From Vicugna vicugna (taxonomy: Eukaryota), in contig MU058636.1 of the NCBI GenBank assembly GCA_013265495.1, forward strand, positions 9,955,066 through 10,019,065: 64,000 nt of DNA. Direction: 5' to 3'. The notes beneath the pieces are model-generated. The model was not told the origin of the DNA. It made no database searches and saw only the letters and a list, made by a program, of their open reading frames with translations. Of this stretch, positions 1 to 11,160 are shown piece after piece (position 1 is the first letter of the stretch; every line of letters starts with the position of its first letter). Made by a program: the position numbers and the translations under genes.

Positions 1-66
1 GAAAAACAATAACAGGAACCAACAACGGTACGAACACAGATGAATCATATGTCAACCCTTGCTGAT

Positions 67-74
67 TGACGTCA
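67..74. promoter_or_regulatory. Full palindromic CRE motif TGACGTCA
   Basis: Exact match to the CREB/ATF consensus with an intact CpG; motif only, function unknown. Confidence 0.3.
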
Positions 75-424
75 GACCGGCTGCAAATGGTGTTTGACAA
101 GTTAAGGACAGGGTGACCTCCAGGGTCATATGCTCCTGCTGCTCTGGACTATTTTCCTTTTCCAGGTACCGTCTCTGAAGGTGTTCAAATGCAGAGCAGA
201 GGAGCTTTTAGCAAGTTAGGGTAAATTGCAGAATTGCTGCCCTAAAGAGATGTAGATTATCTGAATTTACTCTAAAGGAAAAAAAAACCTTTAACAATTT
301 CAAGATCTCAGATGAACACATATATGCATATGCTGTCTGATCTCCTTCATAAAACGTTTTACTCTTTTTCTTTTTGCTTCTGTCACTGTCACTCTTTCCT
401 GACTTCTGTTTTTTATTGGCACTT

Positions 425-580
425 AATGACCACCTGACATGCCATAGATCTGTCTATTGTCTGCTTCCTACCCCACTAGAATGTAAACTTTTTGAGAACC
501 AGGACTTATTATGTCCACGGCGATACCCCCCACATCTGGATCACTGCCCAGCTCACAATGGTATCAGTGAATGAATGAAA
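425..580 (+). mobile_element. LINE-2 3' end fragment
   Basis: ccactagaatgtaaact...gagaaccaggac...ending tgaatgaatgaa, the typical L2 3' terminus. Confidence 0.7.
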
Positions 581-3419
581 TCTAATCATTACCTATTGAA
601 GGGCATTCAGTAAACGTTTGTCATGGGAATTAGTAAACAAAGGGATAATTAAGTCTGAAAAGGAGGAAGCAGATTAACCGACCACCTACAACAGGATTCC
701 AACAAATGTTAGCAAATAATAATCAGTATCGTGTTTATTACTACTTAAATTGCCTGTCTGTGATTTTAGGTGACATTCAACCCCAGACACCTCATCCTGG
801 AACCTCCCCGTGATCGTGGGACCCAGTCCCACCGTTGACTCTTTCCTACCCACACTATACACACATCTTTTCTTTATTTGGACAGTAAACGAAAAATCTG
901 TTGAATGGGTAAGTAAAGGCAGTGATAAGAAGATAGAAGCTTTGTTAAGAGCAGGGTCCCTGAGGGCAAAGCAGTAAAAAAGTTGGTATTGCTCGATCAA
1001 TTTGTTTCAGAGAACATTTTCAGATTCTAGTTTCGTTCAATAAAACACATCCATTTAAATATCAGATTTGAGATGGTTCACCAGGCATTCCATTAAGAAA
1101 AAAACAGGTCTGAAAAATGTTTGAAAGCTTTTTAAAGTGTTCAGCTCATTACTGATGCTTATTACACACTTCCGGTTCAGCTAAGTCCTTAGATTTAATA
1201 AAGACAAATGAAATGATCATTTCTTTAGGGAGAAAAAAAAAACCATTTCTTTAGGGAGATGCAATTTTATTGTATGATGGCTGCTCATAAACAAATAATC
1301 TAGTTTTACAAGTTGGGTATAAGTTTGCATGATCACTTGAGCCCCTGATCCGAGCAGACCTTAGGTGCATGGTAACAGACCCAGGTCTCATGGAGCAGTG
1401 CTGTGTAGGAAGGGGCCTGAGATACGTGAGGACCGATGGGAATGGGGGTTCTTACGGATGCAGAGGGGTACAAGGAGCGCTTTCGCCCTGATGACCTTTG
1501 TAGCACTTGATTCTAACCTGAGGCTCCCATTTCTCCAGAAGTGGAATGCAGGCAGCTGTGGTAGTTTTTGTCTCTCTCCATTCATAGAAAGGTGACGGTG
1601 ACCCTGGAGGGAATATGGAGGAGTCAGAAGTACACATTTCAGTCTGGGCTCTCAGGACAAATGGGGAGGGAACGTCGGGAACCAGATAACCCACACTCTT
1701 GGCTTTTTTAGTGTGTAACTCAAGAAACAAGAATCACATTAAGTGGTTAAGGACATTGTAAAATTCAGAATTATCTTACCAAACTGTTGGACTTTATTTA
1801 GGTTTGGGTGAGAAAAGGGAGATGCCAGAAATGCTTGGAAAATACAGCATCTACTGATTCAGGAAAAAAAGAAAAAAAGCCTAGTATCTTTCTCTTAATC
1901 GTGAAGATCCTTATGCTTAGTGAAATGATACAGGAATCCTTTTCACATTTTTAATCAAAGGATACTGGAGATAACGTATGTAATTCAAAGAGAACGTGAG
2001 TAGGACCCTCTGTCCTAGAGCTGGCCTTATCACCGCTACACCAAACACCCTTCAAGTGGGCAGATTTTCAGAGCTTCTGCTTATTTCTCTGCAAAACAAG
2101 TGAAGGACCAGATGGTTCTCATACTCCATGATGTTAGTTCTAATTTTCTGCTAAGGTAAGCTATCAGAGCAACTAAGACTTTTCTGGAAGCCTGCATAGT
2201 CAGAATAAGGGCAGGAACAGTAGCAAAAAGTATTCAAAAGAACTTGCAAAAATATACAAATATAATAGGTAAATATATAAATGCAATAAAGATAAAAATA
2301 GTAATGAAGCCATGGAGGGAGGAAAAGAGTTATAGAATGACCCAGGCAAAGACACAACTGAGCTTCCTACTAGGCAAAGAAAAAGGGCAACAGGATGATT
2401 CTAATTCTCAATAACTAATAAAAGGAAGCGTAACAGTTTACCAAAGGAGAGATTCTACAAAACAACTTCAAGGTCTAAACAGAATGTATGTTTTGGTTTG
2501 TAATGTAAAAAATGGTGAGGAAGACAAATGACAATATCCTCAAGAACAGATTTTCAAAGCTCCAAACATGTTTTTTACAAAAAAAAAAAACTTTCAAGAA
2601 AAGAAATTCTTTTCTTAAAGAGAGCTCAATAACAGCACCAACAATGAGAATGATAATGATGAGCCAAGGGACCTAAAGTAAACCTCATGGTGAGACTGCT
2701 GTCCTGTGATCTAATCTAGTAAAGGAATGGATCTTTGAGGACCAGTATTTCCCATAGCCAATTATTCTCAAATATGGATCTTTGCAGACTGATGTAGTAT
2801 AGACATTGGGCAAGGCTTATAATACAAATAAAGAAGGAAACTATAAATGATTAGTGCTATTCCTATTGGGCCATTTCAGTCTATATGAAGCAGTCATTAG
2901 TTAGAATGACTTTTCATTCAGAGAAATGACTTGTTAGAGACTTCCACCAAATATACCATTTGTGTGGCCACAGCTTACCCAGCAGGTGGTCTGGCCTGTT
3001 CAGGAGGCAGCCAGACATTGGGGTGATCATGGATTTCTCTAGAGGAGAAAAGATGGAATGGTTAAAAAAATAATAATGAATATGGGTTATTCTTCAGAGC
3101 CACTAAGAGGTGTCAATATGCTCAGGGTTTGACCAGCAGAAATACGTTTCTACGCGCTTCTAAGGTTTTTTGAGGTTTGTCAAGTTTGAGACTGGATAGG
3201 GTCCTGTGCCTTGTGTCTCCATAAGGAAAGTACATGTTACCTGCTCCCTACATACGGCCATATAAAGCATTTATGCATGACGAAAGCTTAGATTTGCTCA
3301 ACAATAATAATTCTATACAGACGAGGCCAGAATTTCACTCCATAATATAGTATTTTGGTAAGTGCTACAGGAGAGAAAATCTAATTGCCAGTTTCCTTAA
3401 ACAAAATGAAAATCCTCAT

Positions 3420-3530
3420 AGAAACATATTCTCCACTTGTGCCAAGATGTTCATCACACTGTTGTTTTATAATAGAGAAAATCTGGAAACATCTACATTA
3501 ACAACAACCAAAGAAAAAGCTAAGAGGATC
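3420..3530 (+). mobile_element. Old L1 (L1M) 3' fragment; probably continues at about 4085-4240 after the MLT1 insertion
   Basis: aagatgttcatcacactgttgttttataatagagaaaatctggaaacatcta resembles the L1 ORF2 end/3' UTR. Confidence 0.55.
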
Positions 3531-3535
3531 ATGGC

Positions 3536-4022
3536 TGTATCAGTTAGTTATTGCTGCATAACAAAGTGCCAGAAGACTCTGGCTTAAAACAATAAGCCTT
3601 TGTTTTTACATACAAGTCTACAGGTCAGCTGGGGATTTCTTCTGGTTTTAGATGGACTCCTTCATGCAGCTCTGACCAGCCGGCAGGTCAGTCAGCATCT
3701 GCTGGTCTAGAAGGGGTTAGCTGTGATGGCTGGGATGACCGGTCCCCACTCTACATGGTGTCTTAGTCTCTAGTAGGCTAGCTCGGGACTTTTCCCATGA
3801 CAGTAGTCTATAGCAGGGTTCCAAGAAGGCAAGGAGAAGTACAGGGCCCCTTGTGCTCTTGAGGCATGGGCTTGGAATCAGCGCACCATCACTTTTGCTA
3901 CATTCGGGTGATCAGAGGAAGTCACAAGGCGAGCCCACTTCATCCCCTGATGGAAGGAGCTACAAAATCACAACGCAAAGGATGCAGAAACAGAATTAGA
4001 AGTGGTTTTGCCATCTGCCACA
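3536..4022 (-). mobile_element. MLT1-family (ERVL-MaLR) solo LTR
   Basis: Starts tgtatcagttagttattgctgcataacaaa...ggcttaaaacaa and ends ctgccaca (TG...CA termini); 5-bp TSD ATGGC (3531-3535) / ATGGT (4023-4027). Confidence 0.85.
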
Positions 4023-6359
4023 ATGGTACGTACATTCATTTGACAGATTCTTCTCCACTCATTAAAAATGAAGCCTATGTAGCAAGTGTATAGAGTTAAA
4101 AGGCCAAATGAAAAATTATGTGTTAACTTATATTACAACCATATAAATATACATACAAAGGGTTAGTGGAAAATCTACAAATATGGTATTTGCATAAGGA
4201 TGAAAGACTTTGTGTTTTTAACTATTTTTAAACAAATATTCTGACAGTTTTAGGAGAGTTTCAAACCTCACATCCCATCTGCATGCAGTGTAAGCCACAT
4301 TTCATTCCTTCAATAGGATTTGGCTGAAGGACCCAGTGAACGAACAAAAGAATTATGGAGAGAAAAAGCAAATGACCTATTTTTTTTTCCTTTTTAGACA
4401 AAACGATTCAACCCCCAAATTTCATGCCAGACAATTCAGCTGACAGAAGGAACTGAACGTGACATAGGATGCTTGCTATTTCTGGGGAGATGGAGTTCGA
4501 GCCTTTAGAGTACAAAGCCGAAAGCCTTGGCCTGTTAAAGTGTTTTGCACAGGAGTGAAACCTTGCATTGTGTGACTAAATCAATGGAGATTATCTCCTT
4601 GGTCGGAATTTCCTCTGGTCTGCACGTGTACTCTGCTGGCACCTGTCCCTGCATTTGTTTCAGTAGCTGAGTTCTCAAGCGAATGACTCGATTCAAGGTA
4701 AAGCTGAATATTGTACTGAGGTTACTATGTAGATACTGATTTCATGGCCTTTGACTCTTTCTGAGGTCAGTCATTGACCGGCACAGCTCACTCGATCCCC
4801 TGGGTTGACGTTAGCCACTGACGGCGCGGTCCTCACTAGCTTTGATTTTGTGATGCTGTGGTTCTAATACAAACCGGCTCCAGAGTGCACTTTCTTCAGG
4901 GTTGCTTTCCACAGGACTCACCTGTGACCCGACTGGCAAACCAACCGGGGTACATCATGGGAAGCTGAACACAGGTTTACACTGGAGATGAAACCTCACG
5001 CGTGCCCAGAAGGCACAGTTCTTACGGGACAGCCAAGAAAACACAAGTGTAGAAAGTCAGGGCTGGGAGGCAGTTTAGCATCTGAGAAACAGAGGTCCAG
5101 GGGCAGCATGCTTATTTATATGTGTTTCTGTCCCAAAATGAGTTGCAGTGAGGTTGCTCCAAGCCTCCTCTCCGCTGTTCTATTGCCCTTGGGGATTCTT
5201 TGTCCTGCGGAGAGTAGAGGGCTGGGAGCACTGATGCCCCAGGAGAAACAGGCAGGAAGCGAATCGCTCTATGGAGAAAGGGCTGTGTCCCTCCCCATTT
5301 TGCCTGCCTCCTGCTGCCTTTCAGAACCACTGGTCCAGGGAGGTTTGTGAGCGCTGTCAAGCCCACTCCCACACCCACCCTTCCTAGATTCTCAGTTTAA
5401 TCCGCTAGCCCAGGCTAGAATCTTTGTGTCCCCAAACTCTCTCCTCTTTGTTCATAGCAAGTCGTGCACTCAGAGCCTTCTGCAAAGTGATGTATAACTT
5501 ATTTAAATCTCATGGTCATGGTCACAGGGAACTCTGAAAGGTTAGACTTCATGAACCCATGGAAGGGGCTCAGATAAATGCTTAGGAAGGTCTGGTGGGC
5601 AACCTGAAGGAGTGAAGCAAGACAGGGGGCAGGAGGGAGGTCCTCCCAGACACTCCTTTGCAACAAGGGTCTCAAGGTGGTGACTGGTCGTGTGTCAGTT
5701 CGAAGAGGTTCGGGGAGACAGAGTCGCGGCACTGCCCTTTTCACATCTTGGGAGGGCTTTTCACCTTCTGGTCTAAGAACTGGGTCATCCTTCCCAGGGA
5801 AATTCTGGTGATATTTTCTTCTTTGTTCATTTTTCAAAAGAAGCTGGCAATCTGGGTTTTATGTGAAATCTTCTGGTTTTTAAATGCTGGGAACCAACTC
5901 CAATGGCGGAGATTCTCTTGGAGGAGGACACAAATAACGTCATCTGCGGGCTGACTCTGACCTTCAGGATGCCCTTTAGTGATCTCTTCTCATTTGGAGA
6001 AGGGTGGGACGAGGTGCGACAGAGCGTCACTCCCCAAATCACAAAGTGGAGGAGGCTTCTTTGAATTGAGGACATGTAGGATTTTTGTTTTATGTTTCTC
6101 GAAGGGAGCCATGATTTTTAAAGGCTCTGTGACCCTTCCTTAGTGAATGGCCACCCACATGTGGCCACCCACGTAGGACCATATGAGCCACAGACAGAGC
6201 AGTCAGGCGGCATGAGGTGGAAAGCCACAGATATGGGGTCACTGCGCTGCCCACCCTCTGACCTTGTCCTGGGTGGGGAGCAGGAAGCAGACTTACAGAG
6301 ATGGCCGGCAGTGTAGACTCATGGCCTCTCAGTGCTCTAAACAGCCTTAACAGACATCG

Positions 6360-6480
6360 GTTCAACCCTGTCATTTTACACAGATAAACGGAGCGCAGAG
6401 AAGGAGGGACGGCTTGCTCTCAGCTTCACACAGCTGGTTTACGGCTGAACCAAGACTCCAACTCAGGCCCCTGCCTCCCA
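6360..6480 (-). mobile_element. MIR fragment
   Basis: cattttacacagataaacggagcgcagaga...cacacagctggt matches the MIR core in reverse. Confidence 0.6.
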
Positions 6481-6759
6481 GCGCGGAGCTTGTCCTGAAC
6501 ACCTTCCCTGTCCCTCACCCCCATCCTTGCTCCAAAAGGAGCTGAACTAAAGGTTATCTGTGAAATAAAAAAATGACAGGCGGCTTCCTTTTGGTAAATT
6601 TGTAAGACTTTTCATATGAAAATTTCACAAGCCAGGGAAAAATCCTTCCTCAAGTCATGCACCCCAGTTTAGGGCTCAGGAAAGAGAGGCACCAAATCAT
6701 AATGCTTTGCTTCATTGTGACGACCATCTTGGGAAGTGTACGTGCATGACGCCCTCCCA

Positions 6760-6925
6760 GGCATTTTATACACCCTGCTGCTGTCAATCTTCATTACGAT
6801 CTCCGTGTTACAGCTGGAGGAACTGAGGCTTTAAGAAGCTGAGAAGTCTGTCCAAAGGCTCACAATTAGTAAGGGACAGAGCGTGGATCTGAACCCACGT
6901 GTCGTCTGACCCAGAGCCCTAACGT
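6760..6925 (-). mobile_element. MIR
   Basis: ttacagctggaggaactgaggctt...ccaaaggctcacaattagtaagggacagagc...ctgaaccca. Confidence 0.7.
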
Positions 6926-8161
6926 AATAAATATGCCTGAGCCTCACCTCTCACTCAACTTCCAAGAGATGTTAGCTTTCAAAGTACAGTTCCCAGAACA
7001 CCTACCACCATCCTGGCATCTAGGGAGCTGTCCCAGTCTCTTCTGCAAAACACTGCTCTGTGACCACTCCATCACATTTTTTTGGTCAGGCTCCAGAAAT
7101 GTGGTACTCTTTCACTGGGCCAATTAGCCAGAAACAATGGTTGTCTACCCATTAGTTAACCATTCACCATTTATGGGAGAAAATCCTGGAAGGTTTATTT
7201 CACTTATGAAAAGTGTCAGCCCAAAGGAAAATTATTTTACTAATTCTCAGGCGGATGGGGATGGGGAAGCGTTCTAGAGGGAGACTTTCTGCAACTTTAA
7301 CCAAAATGTCATGGAATGTGTACACTATAATGGCAGAATGCGTTGATCCCAGAAGAATACACACAAACAGAGGAGGTAATTGGATGCATCACTTTGACAC
7401 CTGAAAGGATGACAAGAAACCTTTAACCCACCCCTAATCAGTGGAGTGCACTGTCACTATGTATCACTCAACCAGGCTCTGGGATATCACATTAGCAAGC
7501 TGGCTGGCCTATTAGAGGCATGTAATTCTTTCATACACTTAGCACAGAAGTGGATAGGATTCAAAACAGTTTCCTTGTCTCTGACACGCATCCAAATTTT
7601 TAATAGCCGCTAAGTACTTTACTAAGCAATTGAACAAAATAATGCATTCAAGCCCCAGAAAACCTTTTCAAGACCTCCTTTTATCTCTACGTTTTACTGA
7701 TGGAAAATGGATTGTAATTCACATTCATAGACTGGGCACGTGTCATGCAATAGATTTTTTTTTTCCTTTGTGAAACTCAAGCATTCCAAACGATTCAAGG
7801 AGTTAAGCAATTTTGATCATTTTGAAACTAGCTGTCAGATTTAATCTGTGCTAAACAGACAGAGGGCAAATGTATTCTAAGACTTGTTATATAATTTACA
7901 GATTATTTTTGCAATTTATATTCCGTCAAATGGGGTATATTAGGCTCTCAGAAACCATGTAATGATCAATTAATTTCAGCAGAGCAATCCCTGTGGCACT
8001 TATGGGACAGACATGATTAGACCCTTTTCAAGCTGAGTCCCCAGGTCAAGTCATCAAATATGACTGATTACATTTTCTAATGGTTTCTCCATGCCCATTA
8101 AAGAGCACTCAACTATTCAGACTCTCCTCTGATCGTGACATTCGAAATTTGCTCAGATGGC

Positions 8162-8333
8162 NNNNNNNNNNNNNNNNNNNNNNNNNNNNNNNNNNNNNNN
8201 NNNNNNNNNNNNNNNNNNNNNNNNNNNNNNNNNNNNNNNNNNNNNNNNNNNNNNNNNNNNNNNNNNNNNNNNNNNNNNNNNNNNNNNNNNNNNNNNNNNN
8301 NNNNNNNNNNNNNNNNNNNNNNNNNNNNNNNNN
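8162..8333. other. Assembly gap (172 N)
   Basis: Run of N. Confidence 1.
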
Positions 8334-8729
8334 ACAGCAGAAAATTATACCTCATTGACATTCATCTATGAAAGAATTACTGCTCTGTTCCCAGGTAACA
8401 GGTTACTTATTTGTGGTCCTTGCTCCACTAGGTCAACTCAAGCCTGGCTCACTCCTTAGAATATCCTTCTTCTGTAAGGGACATGTGTGGGCAGGAGGAG
8501 GGTGATGCTGTCCTTGTCCTTGTCTGCAGAAAGTTACTTTTCTCAAGGAATCGGACCCTTCAGCAAAACCAATAGACTCCCTTAAATGATCTGAGGAATG
8601 AGGAAAAGCATGTGTCAATTTCCACAACCATTAGACCAAACCGGTGTCTGCCAGGTGTTCTTCAACGCCTTTAAGTAGCCATCAGCCCTGTCTCCCTGTC
8701 CACCACGCTCTTGCTGCTCGAGTGGTCCT

Positions 8730-8860
8730 CAGATCAGCCTCATTGAAGGACTGTTCGAAATGCAGTCTCGGGCCCCTCAGGCCCTTCAGGCCCCATCCCA
8801 GATCTACTGGATGAGAGTCACCATTTTAACAAGATTCCCCACGGAAGTCATTTGCAGTAA
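8730..8860. mobile_element. MER5-type hAT-Charlie MITE fragment
   Basis: gaaatgcagtctcgggcccc...cccagatctactg...ttttaacaagattcccc. Confidence 0.6.
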
Positions 8861-8876
8861 TAAAGAGTAAGGAGTA

Positions 8877-9346
8877 CACTCAATCCTCCATATCTGGGGG
8901 TTCTGCAGCCATTGAATTCAACCAATCACAGATCGAAAATATTTGGGAAAAAAGAAGTTCCAGAAAGTTCCAAAAAGCAAAATAAATTCGCCATGTTCCA
9001 GCAACTATTTACATAGCATTTCCATTGTATTACGTATTATAAGTAATCCAGAGATGATTTAAAGTATATGAAGGAATGTGCATAAGTTATTTGCAAATAT
9101 AAGGGGCTTGAACAACAGAGAATATAGCTATTATCTTATAATAACTTTAAACAGAGTATAATCTATAAAAACATTGAATCACTATGTTGCACACCTGAAA
9201 CTAATATATTATTGTAGATCAACCAGACTTTAATTTTTACAAAAGACAAAAAAACAGAAAAAAATTAAAGGATTTGCACATCTGTAGGTTTTGGTATCCC
9301 TGTGGGTCCTGGAGCAAATCCCCGGCAGATACTGAGGGATGACGGT
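8877..9346 (-). mobile_element. MER2/MER2B (TcMar-Tigger MITE), interrupted by an L1 3' end
   Basis: TIR-like ends cactcaatcctccatatc / gatactgagggatgacgg and internal ttcaaccaatcacagatcgaaaatattt, gatgatttaaagtata, ggttttggtatcc. Confidence 0.85.
9115..9265 (+). mobile_element. 5'-truncated L1 3' end (cetartiodactyl/laurasiatherian type) with A-rich tail
   Basis: aatcactatgttgcacacctgaaactaatatattattgtagatcaac then A-rich tail; diverged 15-bp TSD taaggggcttgaaca (9100-9114) / taaaggatttgcaca (9266-9280), 11 of 15 identical. Confidence 0.8.
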
Positions 9347-9507
9347 GGTGTCCTCAGAGAGCACTGTGTTTGGGTTCCCATCATCTCGGGCTATATCAAT
9401 ATATCAGACACACTTGGTCCGTCTGATGAAAACAATGGAGCTGGTTGCTGAGTATGACATAGACCAAACAATCCTCTGCACTTTTTATTCTTTTTACGCC
9501 CTCCTAG

Positions 9508-9543
9508 GTTCCCGTATTTCCTATCCTGTCTGTGAACACCCAG
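9508..9543 (+). other. Candidate 36-nt exon (unverified)
   Basis: Acceptor actttttattctttttacgccctcctag|G and donor CAG|gtgagt; two frames open. Confidence 0.3.
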
Positions 9544-9984
9544 GTGAGTTCAGTCCTACTCCCCCAGTTCTGGCTCGGGACACAGGACATATGGACTTCC
9601 TGACTTGGGCTGCCATTGGTTCTGGAATTAATCTTTATCCCTGTGCTGCCTCCAGGGGCCTGGGCTAACCCGCCCTCGGGAGTGTGCTCTCTTGGTGCTG
9701 AACTTTGGCTCATATTCCTGAATTGGTCCCAGCCTCTGTCATCCTCAGCCTGGGGTTTTTTTTTGTTTTTTTTTTTTTGCCCTCTCTCTCAACTTGCATT
9801 TTGACCTTGCCTACTTGGTCTCAAGATACCTACTTCCTTCTCTTGCCTGTCTATAAACTTAGGTGGTGGGGCTGACTTCTAAACTACCCCATAGGTGGCA
9901 GCCTCCAACCCACCTCAGCGTGGCTTGTGGTTGTTAAAAGGAAGTCACACAAAAGTGCAGCTGTGCTCAGCACCCAGGTGTTGT

Positions 9985-10180
9985 TACGAGAAACCGGTTT
10001 ACAACAGCGAATCTCCGGCTTGACTACACATTAGAAGTCCCTGAAGAGACTGACATTTTCTCATGCCGTGGGTCCCATCCCAGATGAACTTCAATCAGAA
10101 TCTCACGTCCTGAGCATAAATGATTATAAAAGGCTACCAGATGAGTCTAACAGGTGGCCAGAGTTAGGAAGCATTTGTTG
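9985..10180. mobile_element. MER5-type MITE
   Basis: ttgactacacattagaa...catgccgtgggtcccatcccagatgaacttcaatcagaatctc...ccagagttaggaagca. Confidence 0.6.
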
Positions 10181-11004
10181 AGAGAAAGGGCCCTGTCCCG
10201 GCCATGCCCACCACCACTCCATTCTCTACGCTTGAGTAACACTCTGCTTCTCTTTATAGTCTACTTGGTCTCTCTCCCCACCACCCGAGCATTTAGAAAA
10301 CAGTGAATGAACAGTGTGGAGCTTCTATGCTTCTTAATGGGGGGAAGGAGAGGAAGGAAGAAGAGGTGGGGGGGAGGGGAGAACCTCCCTGAATTACCAA
10401 TCCCATGGCTAAGACTGTGCAAAGAAGTTTATCCAAAATGGATAGTAAACTGGCCACCCAAACGTCCCCGAGCTTAAGATGCACAACTAATTCAGAAGAA
10501 TCAAAGAAAGTGAGAAAACGTAACCCGTTTATCACAGCCGCTCTCCAGCCTCGAGGAAAGTAGACAAAGCACCAGGGAAGAGATTGAGCATGATGCAGCA
10601 GATGCTCTTCTGCTTGCAAATATTCCAAAAACAGAAAAGGAACCCCTACACTGTTTGTGTCCACAAGTAGCAGTTCTAACCTGTCCTGAGCATCCCTAAG
10701 TCTTGGAGGTAAAGCGGAGGGGGAACCAGGTGCTCTGGCAAAAGGTCTGTCCACATCTGATATGAACACGCGATGGAGGAGGCGGTATCAGCGCCGCCCA
10801 CGCCAGGGCTCCGAGCCGAGTGTCCACCCCTGGGTGGGGCTGAGCCCGAAATGCAACCAGGTTAGAACACCTGCTGCAGGGAGGAGGAAGCCAGGGCGCC
10901 CCTGACATCCTCCCTCTGCTCACCTTCCCTTTCACGGGTCAAGAATTCATAACAACTGCCACTGTGTGCTTGGGTCTCTAAGTGCCACCCCCAGCCCAGC
11001 AGAG

Positions 11005-11160
11005 GAGCTGCACCTGGAAACTAGATAGACATGCAAATTCTCTAGGGGAGAGCCCCACCCAGAACCACTGAATCAGAAATTTTATAGTGGGGCCTGGCAA
11101 GCTGTGTTTTAAGACACCCTCCAGGTGACTCAGATACATGCTCCAGTTTGAAAACACAAC
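11005..11160. mobile_element. MER5A
   Basis: cacctggaaactagatagacatgcaaattct...ccccacccagaaccactgaatcagaaa...gtgttttaagacaccctccaggtgactc...gtttgaaaacac. Confidence 0.8.

Noticed and set aside
1780-1853. Minus-strand 74-nt exon (acceptor near 1854, donor ggtaag near 1779)
   Set aside because: Not frame-preserving, unrecognised peptide, no partner exon; plausible chance match.
8080-8459. ORFs crossing N runs (also 33490-33918 and 55705-56080)
   Set aside because: Artefacts of translating through assembly gaps.
10293-10769. 158-aa minus-strand ORF and the short plus-strand MAKTVQRS... frame
   Set aside because: No recognisable homology and no convincing splice boundaries.
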